This document shows positions 1 through 9,450 of a stretch of 64,000 nt of DNA, piece after piece. Within the stretch, counting starts at the first letter, position 1. Every line of letters begins with the position of its first letter. The stretch is from NCBI GenBank assembly GCA_963750165.1, contig CAVVPN010000011.1, positions 1,312,001 to 1,376,000 of the forward strand, read 5' to 3'. Both the position numbers and the translations under genes were made by a program. Origin of the DNA: an uncultured Gemmataceae bacterium (GTDB taxonomy: Bacteria; Planctomycetota; Planctomycetia; Gemmatales; Gemmataceae). Below the pieces are notes generated by a model. That model saw only the letters and a program-made list of their open reading frames with translations, was not told the origin of the DNA and searched no databases.

Positions 1-1110
1 GGGATTCACGCTCGCCACACGCGCCGCCACGAAACCGCACACCAGCGAGTTGCCGCCGGCCGTGTCGTAGCCGCTTTGCAGCGGCCAGATGCGCGCCTGG
101 CCGCTCTGCTGCAGCTGACTGAGGGCGTTGTACAGCGTCGTCAGATCGCCGCTCGGGTTGGCCGAGCCGACCTGATTGGCCTGCACCGCCAGCTGGTTGT
201 TGGCGGCGCCGAGCACGAAGCTGCCACCCAGGGCCGTCAGCTGCTCCGCGGTCACGCCCGTTTGCAGCTGACCACTCAGGTCAGTCACGTTACTGGTGCC
301 GATCATCAGCAAATGCACGTTTCCCATGCTCACCTGACTGGCATCGGTTGGCACCACCGCCTGGAACTCGTAGAGGCCATCGGTCCCGCTCGTGAACTGC
401 AGCGTCGTCGGGTTCCAGGTAAACAGGTCCTGACCCTTTCTGCTTTCGACCTGATACTGCCACGACCTTGAATCGGCCGCAGTGTAATCGGCAAACAGCG
501 CCAGCGGCGCCAGCAGCAGCGGTGGCGTGCCCAGCGGCACGAAGCCGATCACGTCCCGGTCGAGCATCACGGTGGACGCGGTCTGCACCGCCGCACTGCC
601 GTTGCCGAGCAGCTGACCAAAGGTCAGGACCGGCGCGTTACCGCGATCCTGGGAAAGCACGCCACGCACGCGCACCGCGTTCACCAGCGGCAGCAGTGTC
701 ACCGTCGGGTTGTTGACGTTGATGACCGCGGTGAACTGTTTGCTCTGCGCGTTATCGACCATACCGAACACGATGTCGCCGTCGGCGGCGTTCGTTGGGT
801 TCGGGTTGAGGTAGTAGGGCTGACCGTTGACCTGGTTCAGCTGCGCGAAGGTGTTCGCCTCGGCGCTGGCGGTGGCGATCAGCGAGGTGAGCCTGCTGAG
901 GTCGTTGCGGAGCAGGTCGTCACTGACGAGCGTCGCCGCGGCGGCGTCGCAGGCGGCGTCTGTGGCGCCCTGCAACTCGACGCGCACCGTCCAGAGGCGG
1001 GTCAGGTTGACCGCCACGGCGAAGGCCGTCAACAGCAAAGTCAACCCGACGAGCAGAAACAGGGTGACATTGCCGCAGCGGCGTATCAGGGGTGGGTGAG
1101 TGGGGTGCAT
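1..1110 (-). CDS. TadG-like Flp pilus assembly protein, 3' end runs off the window
   Basis: Translated by hand (absent from the ORF track because it has no stop in the window). ATG at 1110 gives MHPTHPPLIRRCGNVTLFLLVGLTLLLTAFAVAVNLTRLWTVRVELQGATDAACDAAA, with a pilin-like G-hydrophobic N-terminus and a Tad-type LQxAxDAA motif. The frame stays open to position 1 and lies downstream of cpaB. Confidence 0.75.
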   Translation of the reverse strand, partial: MHPTHPPLIRRCGNVTLFLLVGLTLLLTAFAVAVNLTRLWTVRVELQGATDAACDAAAATLVSDDLLRNDLSRLTSLIATASAEANTFAQLNQVNGQPYYLNPNPTNAADGDIVFGMVDNAQSKQFTAVINVNNPTVTLLPLVNAVRVRGVLSQDRGNAPVLTFGQLLGNGSAAVQTASTVMLDRDVIGFVPLGTPPLLLAPLALFADYTAADSRSWQYQVESRKGQDLFTWNPTTLQFTSGTDGLYEFQAVVPTDASQVSMGNVHLLMIGTSNVTDLSGQLQTGVTAEQLTALGGSFVLGAANNQLAVQANQVGSANPSGDLTTLYNALSQLQQSGQARIWPLQSGYDTAGGNSLVCGFVAARVASVNP

Positions 1111-1132
1111 CCTTGCCCTTGCTTTCTGGTCA

Positions 1133-1185
1133 GAGCCCGAGCGCCAGCGCGGGGCCAGCACTGCTCCGCGCTGGCGCTCGGGCTC
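1133..1185. repeat. REP-like palindrome
   Basis: GAGCCCGAGCGCCAGCGCGG...CCGCGCTGGCGCTCGGGCTC, intergenic; related to the outer arms at 15695-15826. Confidence 0.7.
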
Positions 1186-1218
1186 CGAACCACCACGACA
1201 ATTCATGGCGATCTGGTA

Positions 1219-2363
1219 TCAACCGCCCGCGGCCTTCTTCTTCTCGGCACAGGTCGGGCAACTGTTCGGGTCCGCGAACTGGATCTCCGGGGCCGCCTGC
1301 GCGGCGGGGGGCTGCACGGGGGCGACGAAGCCCCGTCGGTTGGCCGTCGGCACCGGCGTACCGTCGGCGTTGAACACCGCTGGCGGGAAGCGCTGTAGCC
1401 CGGCGAAGCGCTCGATGTTGGCCGTGGGCAGCGGCGGCGCCTTGGTCGGGGCTGGCTGGATGTCGAAGATGCGCATCAGGTCACGCACGCTCACCACCAG
1501 TTCGCCGCGGTTGTAGGAGTTCACACGACTGTCCTCGGCGTCTGCCTCGGGGTGGCCAGCCTGGGCGAAGCTCACCAGGTACTCGTCCGCCGGCCCCTCC
1601 AGCATGGCGCTGCGCTGCGCTTCCAACTTCTTCTGCTCGCTGGCCGGCAGCGGCGCCAGCGTCAGCCTGCCCTTTGCCCAGGCAGAAGTCCAGCAGCGCC
1701 GCGCGGTAGGGGTTGACCTCCAGAGTGTAGTTGACCGGCTTGTCCTCTGGCAGCGGCGCGTACACCGGCCAGAGGGTGTTGCGCTTGGCGACGATGCGCA
1801 CGTGCGGCACCACGCAGGCGGTGCGGATGGCGCTGACGCCCTGCTTGGGATTGACGCTCGTGGTCAGCAACACGTCCACCCATTCGCCGACCTGGATCAG
1901 GCCGCCGGCCGAGCGCTCCTTGAGCAGCGACAGGTTGACCGCCCGCATGCCCGGCAGCAACCGCGTGTTCAGCGCCGCGGGCTTGGCCAGCTCCTTCAAC
2001 ATGCTCTTGAGGATGGGCTGGTCGGCTTCAATGTTTCGGTCGGCGATGCGCAGCGATGCAGGCTGACGGCAGTGCCGGCAGGTAGTCGTCCTTGTGCTCC
2101 TTGTAGTAATCGAACTCCTCGGGCCGCAGATTGCGGACGCGCACGTAGCCCGAGTCGATCAGGTCGCCGGCGAACAGGTTCTTGGCCGCGATCAGTACGG
2201 GGATTTCCTGCTTTTTCAGGGCGGGCTCGGGGTCTTTTTTCTGGGCGTTGAAGTAACCCGACATGCGGGCGGCGACGGCCACGCCCAGGCCGATCAGCAC
2301 AGCAATGACCAGAGCAAACAAGGTACTGGCTCTCACGGGTGCGGCTCCTTCGGTGCGGCTCAT
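1219..2363 (-). CDS. cpaB: Flp pilus assembly protein CpaB/RcpC (SAF domain), split by two frameshifts
   Basis: Three consecutive ORF pieces (2028-2363, 1481-2002, 1219-1626): N-terminal TM plus VLIAAKNL, then LLPGMRAVNL..SAGGLIQVGEWVDVLLT, then TLEV. Tad context. Confidence 0.8.
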
Positions 2364-2392
2364 GGGACAGGCTGGAAGTCTGCCTCACGAAT

Positions 2393-2818
2393 TTATTCTT
2401 TCCTCATGACAGTCTGAGCGATGGTCACGTCGTTCCCCAGGGTGAAGCCGAACGGGGCGAGCAGGTCCGGCACCACCTGGGCAGTTGGCAGGCTGACGGT
2501 GACCGAGACAGCGGCACCGCTCGGCAGTGGCATTCCCTGGGAGTCCGTCAGCACGCTGTCCACCTGGGCGTTCGCCAGTGCGCCGGTGCCGAGGAACTGG
2601 CTGACGGCAAGCTGGACCTGGGTCGCGTCACCGCCCAGGGCCGCGACACGGGCGCCCTCGCGGCTGGCCGTTTGCAGCTGCTGGCGGACCAGGAGCAACG
2701 TGCTGAACTCGATGGTGGCGAACACCACCGCCAGCAGCAGTGGCAACACCATCAGCAGCTCCGACGCCAGCAACGAACCGGGCCGGCGAACACAACGGTT
2801 GTAAGGGTTAATGCGCAT
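2393..2818 (-). CDS. tadE: TadE family pseudopilin
   Basis: GSLLASELLMVLPLLLAVVFATIEFS...LQTASREGARVAA matches the TadE pattern. Confidence 0.85.
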   Translation of the reverse strand: MRINPYNRCVRRPGSLLASELLMVLPLLLAVVFATIEFSTLLLVRQQLQTASREGARVAALGGDATQVQLAVSQFLGTGALANAQVDSVLTDSQGMPLPSGAAVSVTVSLPTAQVVPDLLAPFGFTLGNDVTIAQTVMRKE

Positions 2819-3461
2819 GGGCGTGCTCCCTGGGGGTGTCCTGGACCGGGTTGGTCGCCAGGCGCAGATCGACCCGGAACGACCACGGCAGCACCAGCGC
2901 AGCAGCAATCATCAGCGGCAGGGCGAAACCGAGGGCGCGCTTGCGCGGGACGTGGCCGGGGCGGCGCGGCCGTTGTCCGGTGTTCATGATTTTGCGGAAA
3001 GCTTTCCAGTCGCCGCTGAACAGCTGCAGGACCAGACGGCCCAGCAGGAAGCAGAACACCACGGCCAGCGTGGCGAGCAGCACGCGCAGCGTCAGGGCGG
3101 GACCGACCCAGGCACCGACCGCGGCGAACAGTTTCACGTCGCCGCCGCCGCAGATGCCCAGGATCCACATCAGGAAGAACAAACCGAACGCGACGGCGAA
3201 GCCGAGGAGGGCGAACAGCAGTCCGTCGAGAGCGCCGACCACGGGGCCGTTGTCGCCCAGCAACCAGGTGGGTTGACCTGCAGCTGCCAGCCAGACGCCG
3301 CGCACGACGTTGAACAGCAGTCCCAGGCCCAGGGCGGGCACGGTCAGCCATTTGGGAACGACCAGTTCCCGAAGATCATTCCAGGCAGCGGCCAGCAGGA
3401 CGCCGAACAGGGCGGCCAGGTACGTCCAACCGAACAGCGGATCGGGGAAGAAGGCGGGCAT
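2808..3461 (-). CDS. cpaA: Prepilin peptidase (A24 family), CpaA/TadV
   Basis: AAWNDLR...PKWL and GGGDVKLFAAVGAW aspartic peptidase motifs; multiple TM segments. Confidence 0.9.
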   Translation of the reverse strand: MPAFFPDPLFGWTYLAALFGVLLAAAWNDLRELVVPKWLTVPALGLGLLFNVVRGVWLAAAGQPTWLLGDNGPVVGALDGLLFALLGFAVAFGLFFLMWILGICGGGDVKLFAAVGAWVGPALTLRVLLATLAVVFCFLLGRLVLQLFSGDWKAFRKIMNTGQRPRRPGHVPRKRALGFALPLMIAAALVLPWSFRVDLRLATNPVQDTPREHAHAH

Positions 3462-3596
3462 GAGGCTGTTCCTCGCGCGGCTAGTGCTTCTTTCCTCCCC
3501 TATCGGTGAAACCCCGGATGAACCTGAAACAATGCAAGCTGGCGAAGATAACTTTGACGGGGCAACCGACCAGCTGTGCGGGCCGACGCGAAGAAT

Positions 3597-3628
3597 CGCG
3601 GATCCCGGACGCGCTTCCGGGATCCGCG
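3597..3628 (-). terminator. Hairpin downstream of pilin gene, probable terminator/attenuator
   Basis: CGCGGATCCCGGA-N6-TCCGGGATCCGCG followed by ATTCTT on the minus strand. Confidence 0.5.
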
Positions 3629-3680
3629 GGCCAGCCGAGGTGCGCAGCGGTGATCGGTTACGATGGCGAGCAAATTCAGG

Positions 3681-3998
3681 TTACTGACAAGGAACGATGT
3701 CGATGTTGGACGGGATGGACGGGGCCACGCACACCGGCGGCGTCACCAGTTCCGGGATGTCAATGGCTTGCGAGCCGTCTGTGATGGCACAGCAGCCGCT
3801 CTGGCCGGAGACGATGTACCCCTGGCTGAGGGCCAGGTAGGCGTTGGCCAGCTCGGACAGCTCCACGTTGATGGCATCGCGGACGGCCGACAGGCCGACG
3901 ACGGTGCCGATCACCAGGATGGTGGCGACGAACAGGTACTCGGCCGCGATCAAGGCGCCACGGTCATCCCGCCACAAATTTCCCATCAGGCGTTGCAT
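3681..3998 (-). CDS. Flp family pilin (planctomycete type)
   Basis: MQRLMGNLWRDDRGALIAAEYLFVATILVIGTVVGL; GGAGG RBS upstream of the ATG at 3998. Confidence 0.85.
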   Translation of the reverse strand: MQRLMGNLWRDDRGALIAAEYLFVATILVIGTVVGLSAVRDAINVELSELANAYLALSQGYIVSGQSGCCAITDGSQAIDIPELVTPPVCVAPSIPSNIDIVPCQ

Positions 3999-4279
3999 TG
4001 GATACGATCCTCCCACAGGGAAACCCAAGAGCGTTCCACTCGACTTGCACTTGACGCGAGCAAGTAAAGGAAGGGTGCGAGCAAACACTCGTATCGGGTC
4101 CGTCAAACCAGGCTCGATTATGTGGTGGGAGGGGCTAATAGCTCAATACAAATCATTGCGCTATAAGAACTTCCTAGTTTAACACGTCGTTACAGTCGTG
4201 CTGTATGGAGTAACCACTACGAACGGTAAAACTGATGAGGTCGCTAAGGAAACGACAGACGGGAAGGGAGCTGGGATAC

Positions 4280-4314
4280 AAAAAGAGGGAGTCCGCCCAC
4301 AGGCGGACTCCCTC
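4280..4314 (-). terminator. Rho-independent terminator
   Basis: Minus strand reads GAGGGAGTCCGCC-TGTG-GGCGGACTCCCTC-TTTTT, just after the 4362-4670 pilin. Confidence 0.8.
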
Positions 4315-4361
4315 ACTCGGGCACGGTTGGCGGTACGCGTTCGATCAAGCCCACGAACGTT

Positions 4362-4670
4362 TCACGGCGCCACATCAATGCTCGAGGGATTGGACGGGGG
4401 AACCAGGACGGGCGGTTGGAGTGATCCCGGACTGTCGGAGGCCTGGGAGCCACTGGTCTGGCCGCCGCCACCGCTCTGGCCGGAGACGGAGAAGCCCTGG
4501 CTCAACACGAGCAGCGCGTTGCCCAGCTCCGTCAACTCCACGTTGACGGCATAGCGCAGACCGGTCAGGCCGACGACGGTGCCGATCACCAGGATGGTGG
4601 AGATGAACAGGTATTCTGTGGCAATCAGGGCGCCGCCGTCATCGTTCCACAAGCGTTGCAGGATGCGCAT
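4362..4670 (-). CDS. Flp family pilin (paralog of 3681-3998)
   Basis: MRILQRLWNDDGGALIATEYLFISTILVIGTVVGL; clearly similar to the neighbouring pilin. Confidence 0.85.
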   Translation of the reverse strand: MRILQRLWNDDGGALIATEYLFISTILVIGTVVGLTGLRYAVNVELTELGNALLVLSQGFSVSGQSGGGGQTSGSQASDSPGSLQPPVLVPPSNPSSIDVAP

Positions 4671-4983
4671 TGGAGGAGGTCGCCTTTCTGGAAGGGGTGC
4701 CGAATCGTCCTGCTTCTAATTGTCGGGCCGGCGCGCGGCAGCGTGAGCCAACGGCAGGGCGCCGACCGCGCTGTCTGTCGCCGCGCGTCCGGGGACAGGG
4801 GCTGACCGGAGCGGAGCAATTTTGCTGGCGATTTCCTGTCGGCGGAGCGGGGCGGCGTTGTGGGTCGTGCGCGGCGCCGCGGCCGGAACACCACGGGTTT
4901 CCTCGGGTTTGGCCCAGGCCCGCGGCCGCCGTGGTCGATGTTACTTTCCAGCGCCTGTCAACACTCCCGCCAGAGCCATCCCC

Positions 4984-6840
4984 ATGAACAACCCCACGCA
5001 ACCAACCGACGCAGCCGTTCCGCCGGAAGACAGTCTCCTCATCGGCGCCGGCCTTGACTTCAGCGACCCGAACTCACCACTGGCCCGGTTCTACCTGCGT
5101 CCCATCCACGTGGCGGTGGCGGCAGTGTTCGGCCTGGTGTTCGTGCTGCTCAACCATGTGCCGCTGTGGCACACGGACGTCTGGGGCCACCTGAAATTCG
5201 GCGAATGGACGGTGCAGCACAGCCGTCTGCCGGACGACGATCCCTTCTGCCCCTTCGCGGACCCGGAGGCGCCGGCCCTGCATTACAGCTGGCTGAGCCA
5301 GTGCGTTTTCTACCTGGTCTTCCATGCGGGCGCGACGCTGGCGGACGGCGACGCGCTGCGGCAGCTGGCGGGCGGTGCCGACGCGCTGCGGTTCTTCCTG
5401 GCGCTGGTGGTGCTGCTGCGCTGCGGGCTGCTGCTGGCGGCGTTCCGGCGGGCGGGCGGTTCGCTGCCGGTGGTGCTGACGGGCATGGGTGTGTTCCTGC
5501 TGCTCAACGCGGGCAATCTCGCGGTGCTGCGGCCGCAGGTGCTCGGCGAGGTCTGCTTCGCGGCCGTGCTGCTGGCGCTGAGTGGCCCGGTCCTGTCGCG
5601 GCGCGCCGCCGCTGGCCTGGTGCTGCTGTTCTGCGTGTGGGCCAACCTGCACAGTTCCTTTGTCGCCGGCCTGCTGCTGGTGCTGGTGTTCCTGCTCGGC
5701 CGCGCTGCCGAGACGTGGTGGGCTGACGGGCTGCGCTGGCGCGGGGTGGCGGCGGACGCCAGGGTGCGGCGGCTGGCCCTGGTGCTGGCCGTGAGCCTCG
5801 CGGCGGTAGCGGTGGTCAACCCGGACGGGCCGGGGGTGTACTGGAACATCCTGCGGATGGGCACGCACCCGAACGTGCTGGACATGGACGAATGGCAGCC
5901 GTTGACGTTTCACCTGGGCGGCGGCGGTCACTGGGCTTATCTCGGCACCTGGGCGCTGGTGGTGGGGGCGGCGGTGTGGCGACGGCGCGGGTTCTCCGCC
6001 ACGCTGGTGCTGCTGGTGCTGGTGTTCGGCCTGCAGCCGCTGCGCCACCAGCGCATGCTCGTGTGGTGGCTGATGGTGGCGCCGTGGGTGGCGATAGTGA
6101 TTGCGGCCCACGGCCGGTCAGCGGCGCCGGCGGCCGCAGCCGGCTGGCGCTTGCCCAGCCTGCGAAAAACGGTCCTGGTCGCCTTGCTCATTACCGTGGC
6201 GGTGCTGTGGTCGATCCCGGTACAGGACGCCCTCTCCGGCCAGCCAACGCCGTTGCGTCTCAGCGTCTCCGCAGCGACGCCGTGGCAGGTGGCCGCCCAG
6301 CTAACCGCGGCCACGCCCCGCGAACCAGCCGCGCCGCTGCCGGAGCTGCGGGCGCTGCTGGCCGCGAACTACCCGGGCGGCCGCTTCACCGGCACGGTGT
6401 TCGCCAGTGAGACGCTGGGCGACTTCTTCTACTGGGACCTCGGGGCGGACACGCCGGTGTTCATCTACACCCACGTCCATCTGTTTACTCCACGACACTG
6501 GCAGGAGTGCCGGACGGTGCGTTACGGTCTGGCGGGTTGGCGGCAGGTGCTGGACCGCTACGGGGCCAACCTGGTCGTGGTGGAAGCGGATCGGCACGCC
6601 CGGCTGCGCGCCCTGCTGCGGCAGGACGCGGACTGGGCGGTCGTGCTCGACGAGACTGATTCGCCGAGTAAACCGGACAGCCGCGGCCGGCTGCTGGTGG
6701 CCCTGCGCAAGCGGCCGCTGCGTCGCCCTACCCCTCCCTGGGCTCAGCCAAGTGGCCGTTTCCCCATGAATGGCTACGCTAACCCTCAGTCGTCTGACGC
6801 TGAATCGGCCATCCTCTTCCCCGGGAGTCCGCACCCGTGA
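4984..6840 (+). CDS. Polytopic membrane protein, GT-C-like glycosyltransferase candidate
   Basis: About 12 hydrophobic segments; motifs DVWGHLKFGEW, RPQV, WANLHSSF, EWQP; soluble C-terminal domain. Confidence 0.5.
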   Translation: MNNPTQPTDAAVPPEDSLLIGAGLDFSDPNSPLARFYLRPIHVAVAAVFGLVFVLLNHVPLWHTDVWGHLKFGEWTVQHSRLPDDDPFCPFADPEAPALHYSWLSQCVFYLVFHAGATLADGDALRQLAGGADALRFFLALVVLLRCGLLLAAFRRAGGSLPVVLTGMGVFLLLNAGNLAVLRPQVLGEVCFAAVLLALSGPVLSRRAAAGLVLLFCVWANLHSSFVAGLLLVLVFLLGRAAETWWADGLRWRGVAADARVRRLALVLAVSLAAVAVVNPDGPGVYWNILRMGTHPNVLDMDEWQPLTFHLGGGGHWAYLGTWALVVGAAVWRRRGFSATLVLLVLVFGLQPLRHQRMLVWWLMVAPWVAIVIAAHGRSAAPAAAAGWRLPSLRKTVLVALLITVAVLWSIPVQDALSGQPTPLRLSVSAATPWQVAAQLTAATPREPAAPLPELRALLAANYPGGRFTGTVFASETLGDFFYWDLGADTPVFIYTHVHLFTPRHWQECRTVRYGLAGWRQVLDRYGANLVVVEADRHARLRALLRQDADWAVVLDETDSPSKPDSRGRLLVALRKRPLRRPTPPWAQPSGRFPMNGYANPQSSDAESAILFPGSPHP

Positions 6841-7979
6841 AAACCCTGCTGTGTCTGTCGTTGTTGCTGCTGTTGCCGGGCGTGATCTGGGCCCAACCGG
6901 GCGCCAGCGTCGAGAAGTACCGCGTCTACATCGGCACCTACTCCGGCAAGTTGAGCAAGGGTATTTACCAGCTGGAGCTGAACCTCAAGGACGGCAAACT
7001 GTCCGCGCCGACCCTTGCTGCACAGACGAAGGATCCGTCGTTCGTGGCGCTGCACCCGAACCGGAAATTCCTGTACGCCGTCAGCGAGGGCGGCGGCAAG
7101 GGGACCATCAAGGCATTCGCCATCGACCCCAACACCGGCACGTTGACGTTCCTGAACGAACAGCGGTCCGGCGGTGCGGGGCCGTGTCATGTGGTCGTCG
7201 ATCGCGCCGGCAAGAACGTGCTGGCGGCGAACTACGGTAGCGGCAGCTGTTGCAGCATTCCGCTCCAGGCCGACGGCAAGCTCGCGGAGCCGGCTTCCGT
7301 GATCCAGCACAAGGGCTCGAGCGTGGACAAGTCGCGGCAGCAGGGGCCGCACGCCCACTCAATTAACCTGGACGCGGCCAACCACTTCGCCTTCTGCGCC
7401 GACCTCGGTCTCGACAAGGTGCTGGTCTACCGCTTCGACGCCGCCCGCGGCACACTGACGCCGCACGAACCACCGGCGCTGAACGTGGCCCCCGGCTCCG
7501 GCCCGCGGCACTTCGCGTTCCACCCCGACGGCAAAACCGCCTACGTCAACGGCGAGATGGATATGACGATCACCGCCTGCGACTACGACGCCGCGAAAGG
7601 CGTGTTGACGAAGCGGCAAACCCTCTCGACGCTGCCGAAGGACGCGAACCGCAAGGGCGCCAGCACCGCCGAGGTGGTCGTCCATCCGTCGGGCAAGTTC
7701 GTGTACGTCTCGAACCGCGGCCACAACAGCATCGCCATTTTCGCCATCGACTCGAAGACGCGGGCACTGACCGCCGTGGGCCACCAGTCGCACAAGATCA
7801 GCACGCCGCGCAACTTCGCCATCGAACCAACGGGGCGCGATCTGCTGGTCGCCAACCAGAGCGGCAACAGTGTGATGTCGTTTCGGATCGATCCGCAGAC
7901 GGGCGAACTGACGCCGACCGGCAGCGTCGTTGAAGTGGGCGCGCCGGTCTGTGTGCGCTTTTTGCCAATTGCGAAGTGA
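6837..7979 (+). CDS. pgl: Lactonase family protein (6-phosphogluconolactonase-like beta-propeller) with signal peptide
   Basis: YIGTYS, ANYGSG, PHAH, DLGLD, GSGPRH, SNRGHNSI and PRNF motifs. Confidence 0.85.
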   Translation: MKTLLCLSLLLLLPGVIWAQPGASVEKYRVYIGTYSGKLSKGIYQLELNLKDGKLSAPTLAAQTKDPSFVALHPNRKFLYAVSEGGGKGTIKAFAIDPNTGTLTFLNEQRSGGAGPCHVVVDRAGKNVLAANYGSGSCCSIPLQADGKLAEPASVIQHKGSSVDKSRQQGPHAHSINLDAANHFAFCADLGLDKVLVYRFDAARGTLTPHEPPALNVAPGSGPRHFAFHPDGKTAYVNGEMDMTITACDYDAAKGVLTKRQTLSTLPKDANRKGASTAEVVVHPSGKFVYVSNRGHNSIAIFAIDSKTRALTAVGHQSHKISTPRNFAIEPTGRDLLVANQSGNSVMSFRIDPQTGELTPTGSVVEVGAPVCVRFLPIAK

Positions 7980-8164
7980 CGGCGCCAGGATCGATTCGTT
8001 AGGACTTTTCTGTTGGCTCTGTAGGTTCCTTTCCAGGAGGCCCTCCCGCCGCGGATGTGGGTGCGGGCGTCTGTGTTGGCGTCGCCTGCGCGGGAGTCGT
8101 TTCGGCCTGAAACGCCGCCAGGTAATGCTTGTAGCGGCAAGGCAGCAATTGCCAGAGATGCGCG

Positions 8165-9450
8165 TCACTTCCGCGCCACCTGCGTCGGCCGCACCGCCGC
8201 ACCCTCAGCCAGGTCGTCCCCGGACTGAAGCACGACCGTCTCCCCGCCGGCCAGCCCCGCAATCACCTCCACCTCGGCGCCATAGTCGCGGCCCAGTCGC
8301 ACGGTGCGGTAGTGGACCCGGTTCTGTCCATCCACGACAGCCACCGTCGGGCTGCCAGTGCGCGTCACCAGCGCCGACGCGGGGACAAGGACCGGCGACC
8401 GCGCCCGGTCGAAGGTGAACTTCACCTGCAAATACATGCCCGGGTGCAGGGCGCCGTCCGGGTTCGGCACCTGCACCTCGGTGAGCAGCGTCCGCGTCAC
8501 CGTGTCCAGGGCGCCGGCGGTGCGCGTCACCTTGCCCGAGTAGAGCACGGACGGGTCTTCCCGGCGGAACACCGTGGCGGTCTGCCCCGGCTTGATGTCG
8601 CTGGCGAAAACCTGCGGCACGTTCACGATCACGCGCAGAATGTCAGTCCGCATCAGGTGGAAGAGTTCCCGGGTGGCGATGTTGTCCGCGGACATCAGGT
8701 CGCCCTTATCGACGTTGCGTGCCGTGATCTTGCCCGCGAACGGGGCGATGATCTTCTGAAAACCCTGGAGGTCCAGGTAGCGCTGCACCTGCGCCTGATT
8801 GATCTGGATACTGGCCTTCATTGATTCGACCTTCGCATTACTCGTCTTCACGGTGGCCCGGTCCTGGTCGATTTGCAGCAGGGTGGTGCCGATGCCGGGC
8901 CTCGACTTCAGGTCACGGTCCAGGGTGATCTGCGCCAGCGCGGCGTTGGCCTTCGCCAGCTCCAGGTCGGCCCGCGCTGCGCCAGGTTCGCCCGTGCCTG
9001 GGCCAGCTGGTCGTCCACGTCCGGGGCCGAAATCACCGCCAGTAACTGGCCTTCCTTGACGTGATCGCCGAAGTCCACCAGGCGCTCCTTGAGGTAGCCG
9101 GTGGTGCGGGCGAACAGGGCGGCTTCCACCAGCGCCAGACTGTTGCCGGGCAGCGTCCGCTCGGTGACGGCGCCGGCGCGGCGTGCCACCGCCACCGTGA
9201 CGCGCGGCGCCGCGGTGGCCGCCTCGTGCGCCGCGGCGTTCACCTGGGTCTCCTGCTCCCAGCGCGGCAGAGTGCCGGCGGCCAGCGCCCCGCTCAGGCC
9301 GACGACCACCAGGACGCTGAGGGCCAGCACCCAGCGGCCGGCCCGCTGCCGATCCGGGGGGTTCGACCGGCTGGGCGTCGGGGCCGGCGCCGGGTGAAAG
9401 TAGCCGTTACGTTCCGGGGCGATCTGCGGCGTGGCGAAAGGCGTGTTCAC
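8165..9450 (-). CDS. RND efflux periplasmic adaptor subunit, one frameshift near 8970
   Basis: GTG at 9450 with GGAGG RBS, overlapping the permease stop. ARTTGYL..DFGDHVKEGQLLA, then IIAPFAGKITARNVD, TRTLLTEVQVPN..LHPGMY. Confidence 0.9.
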
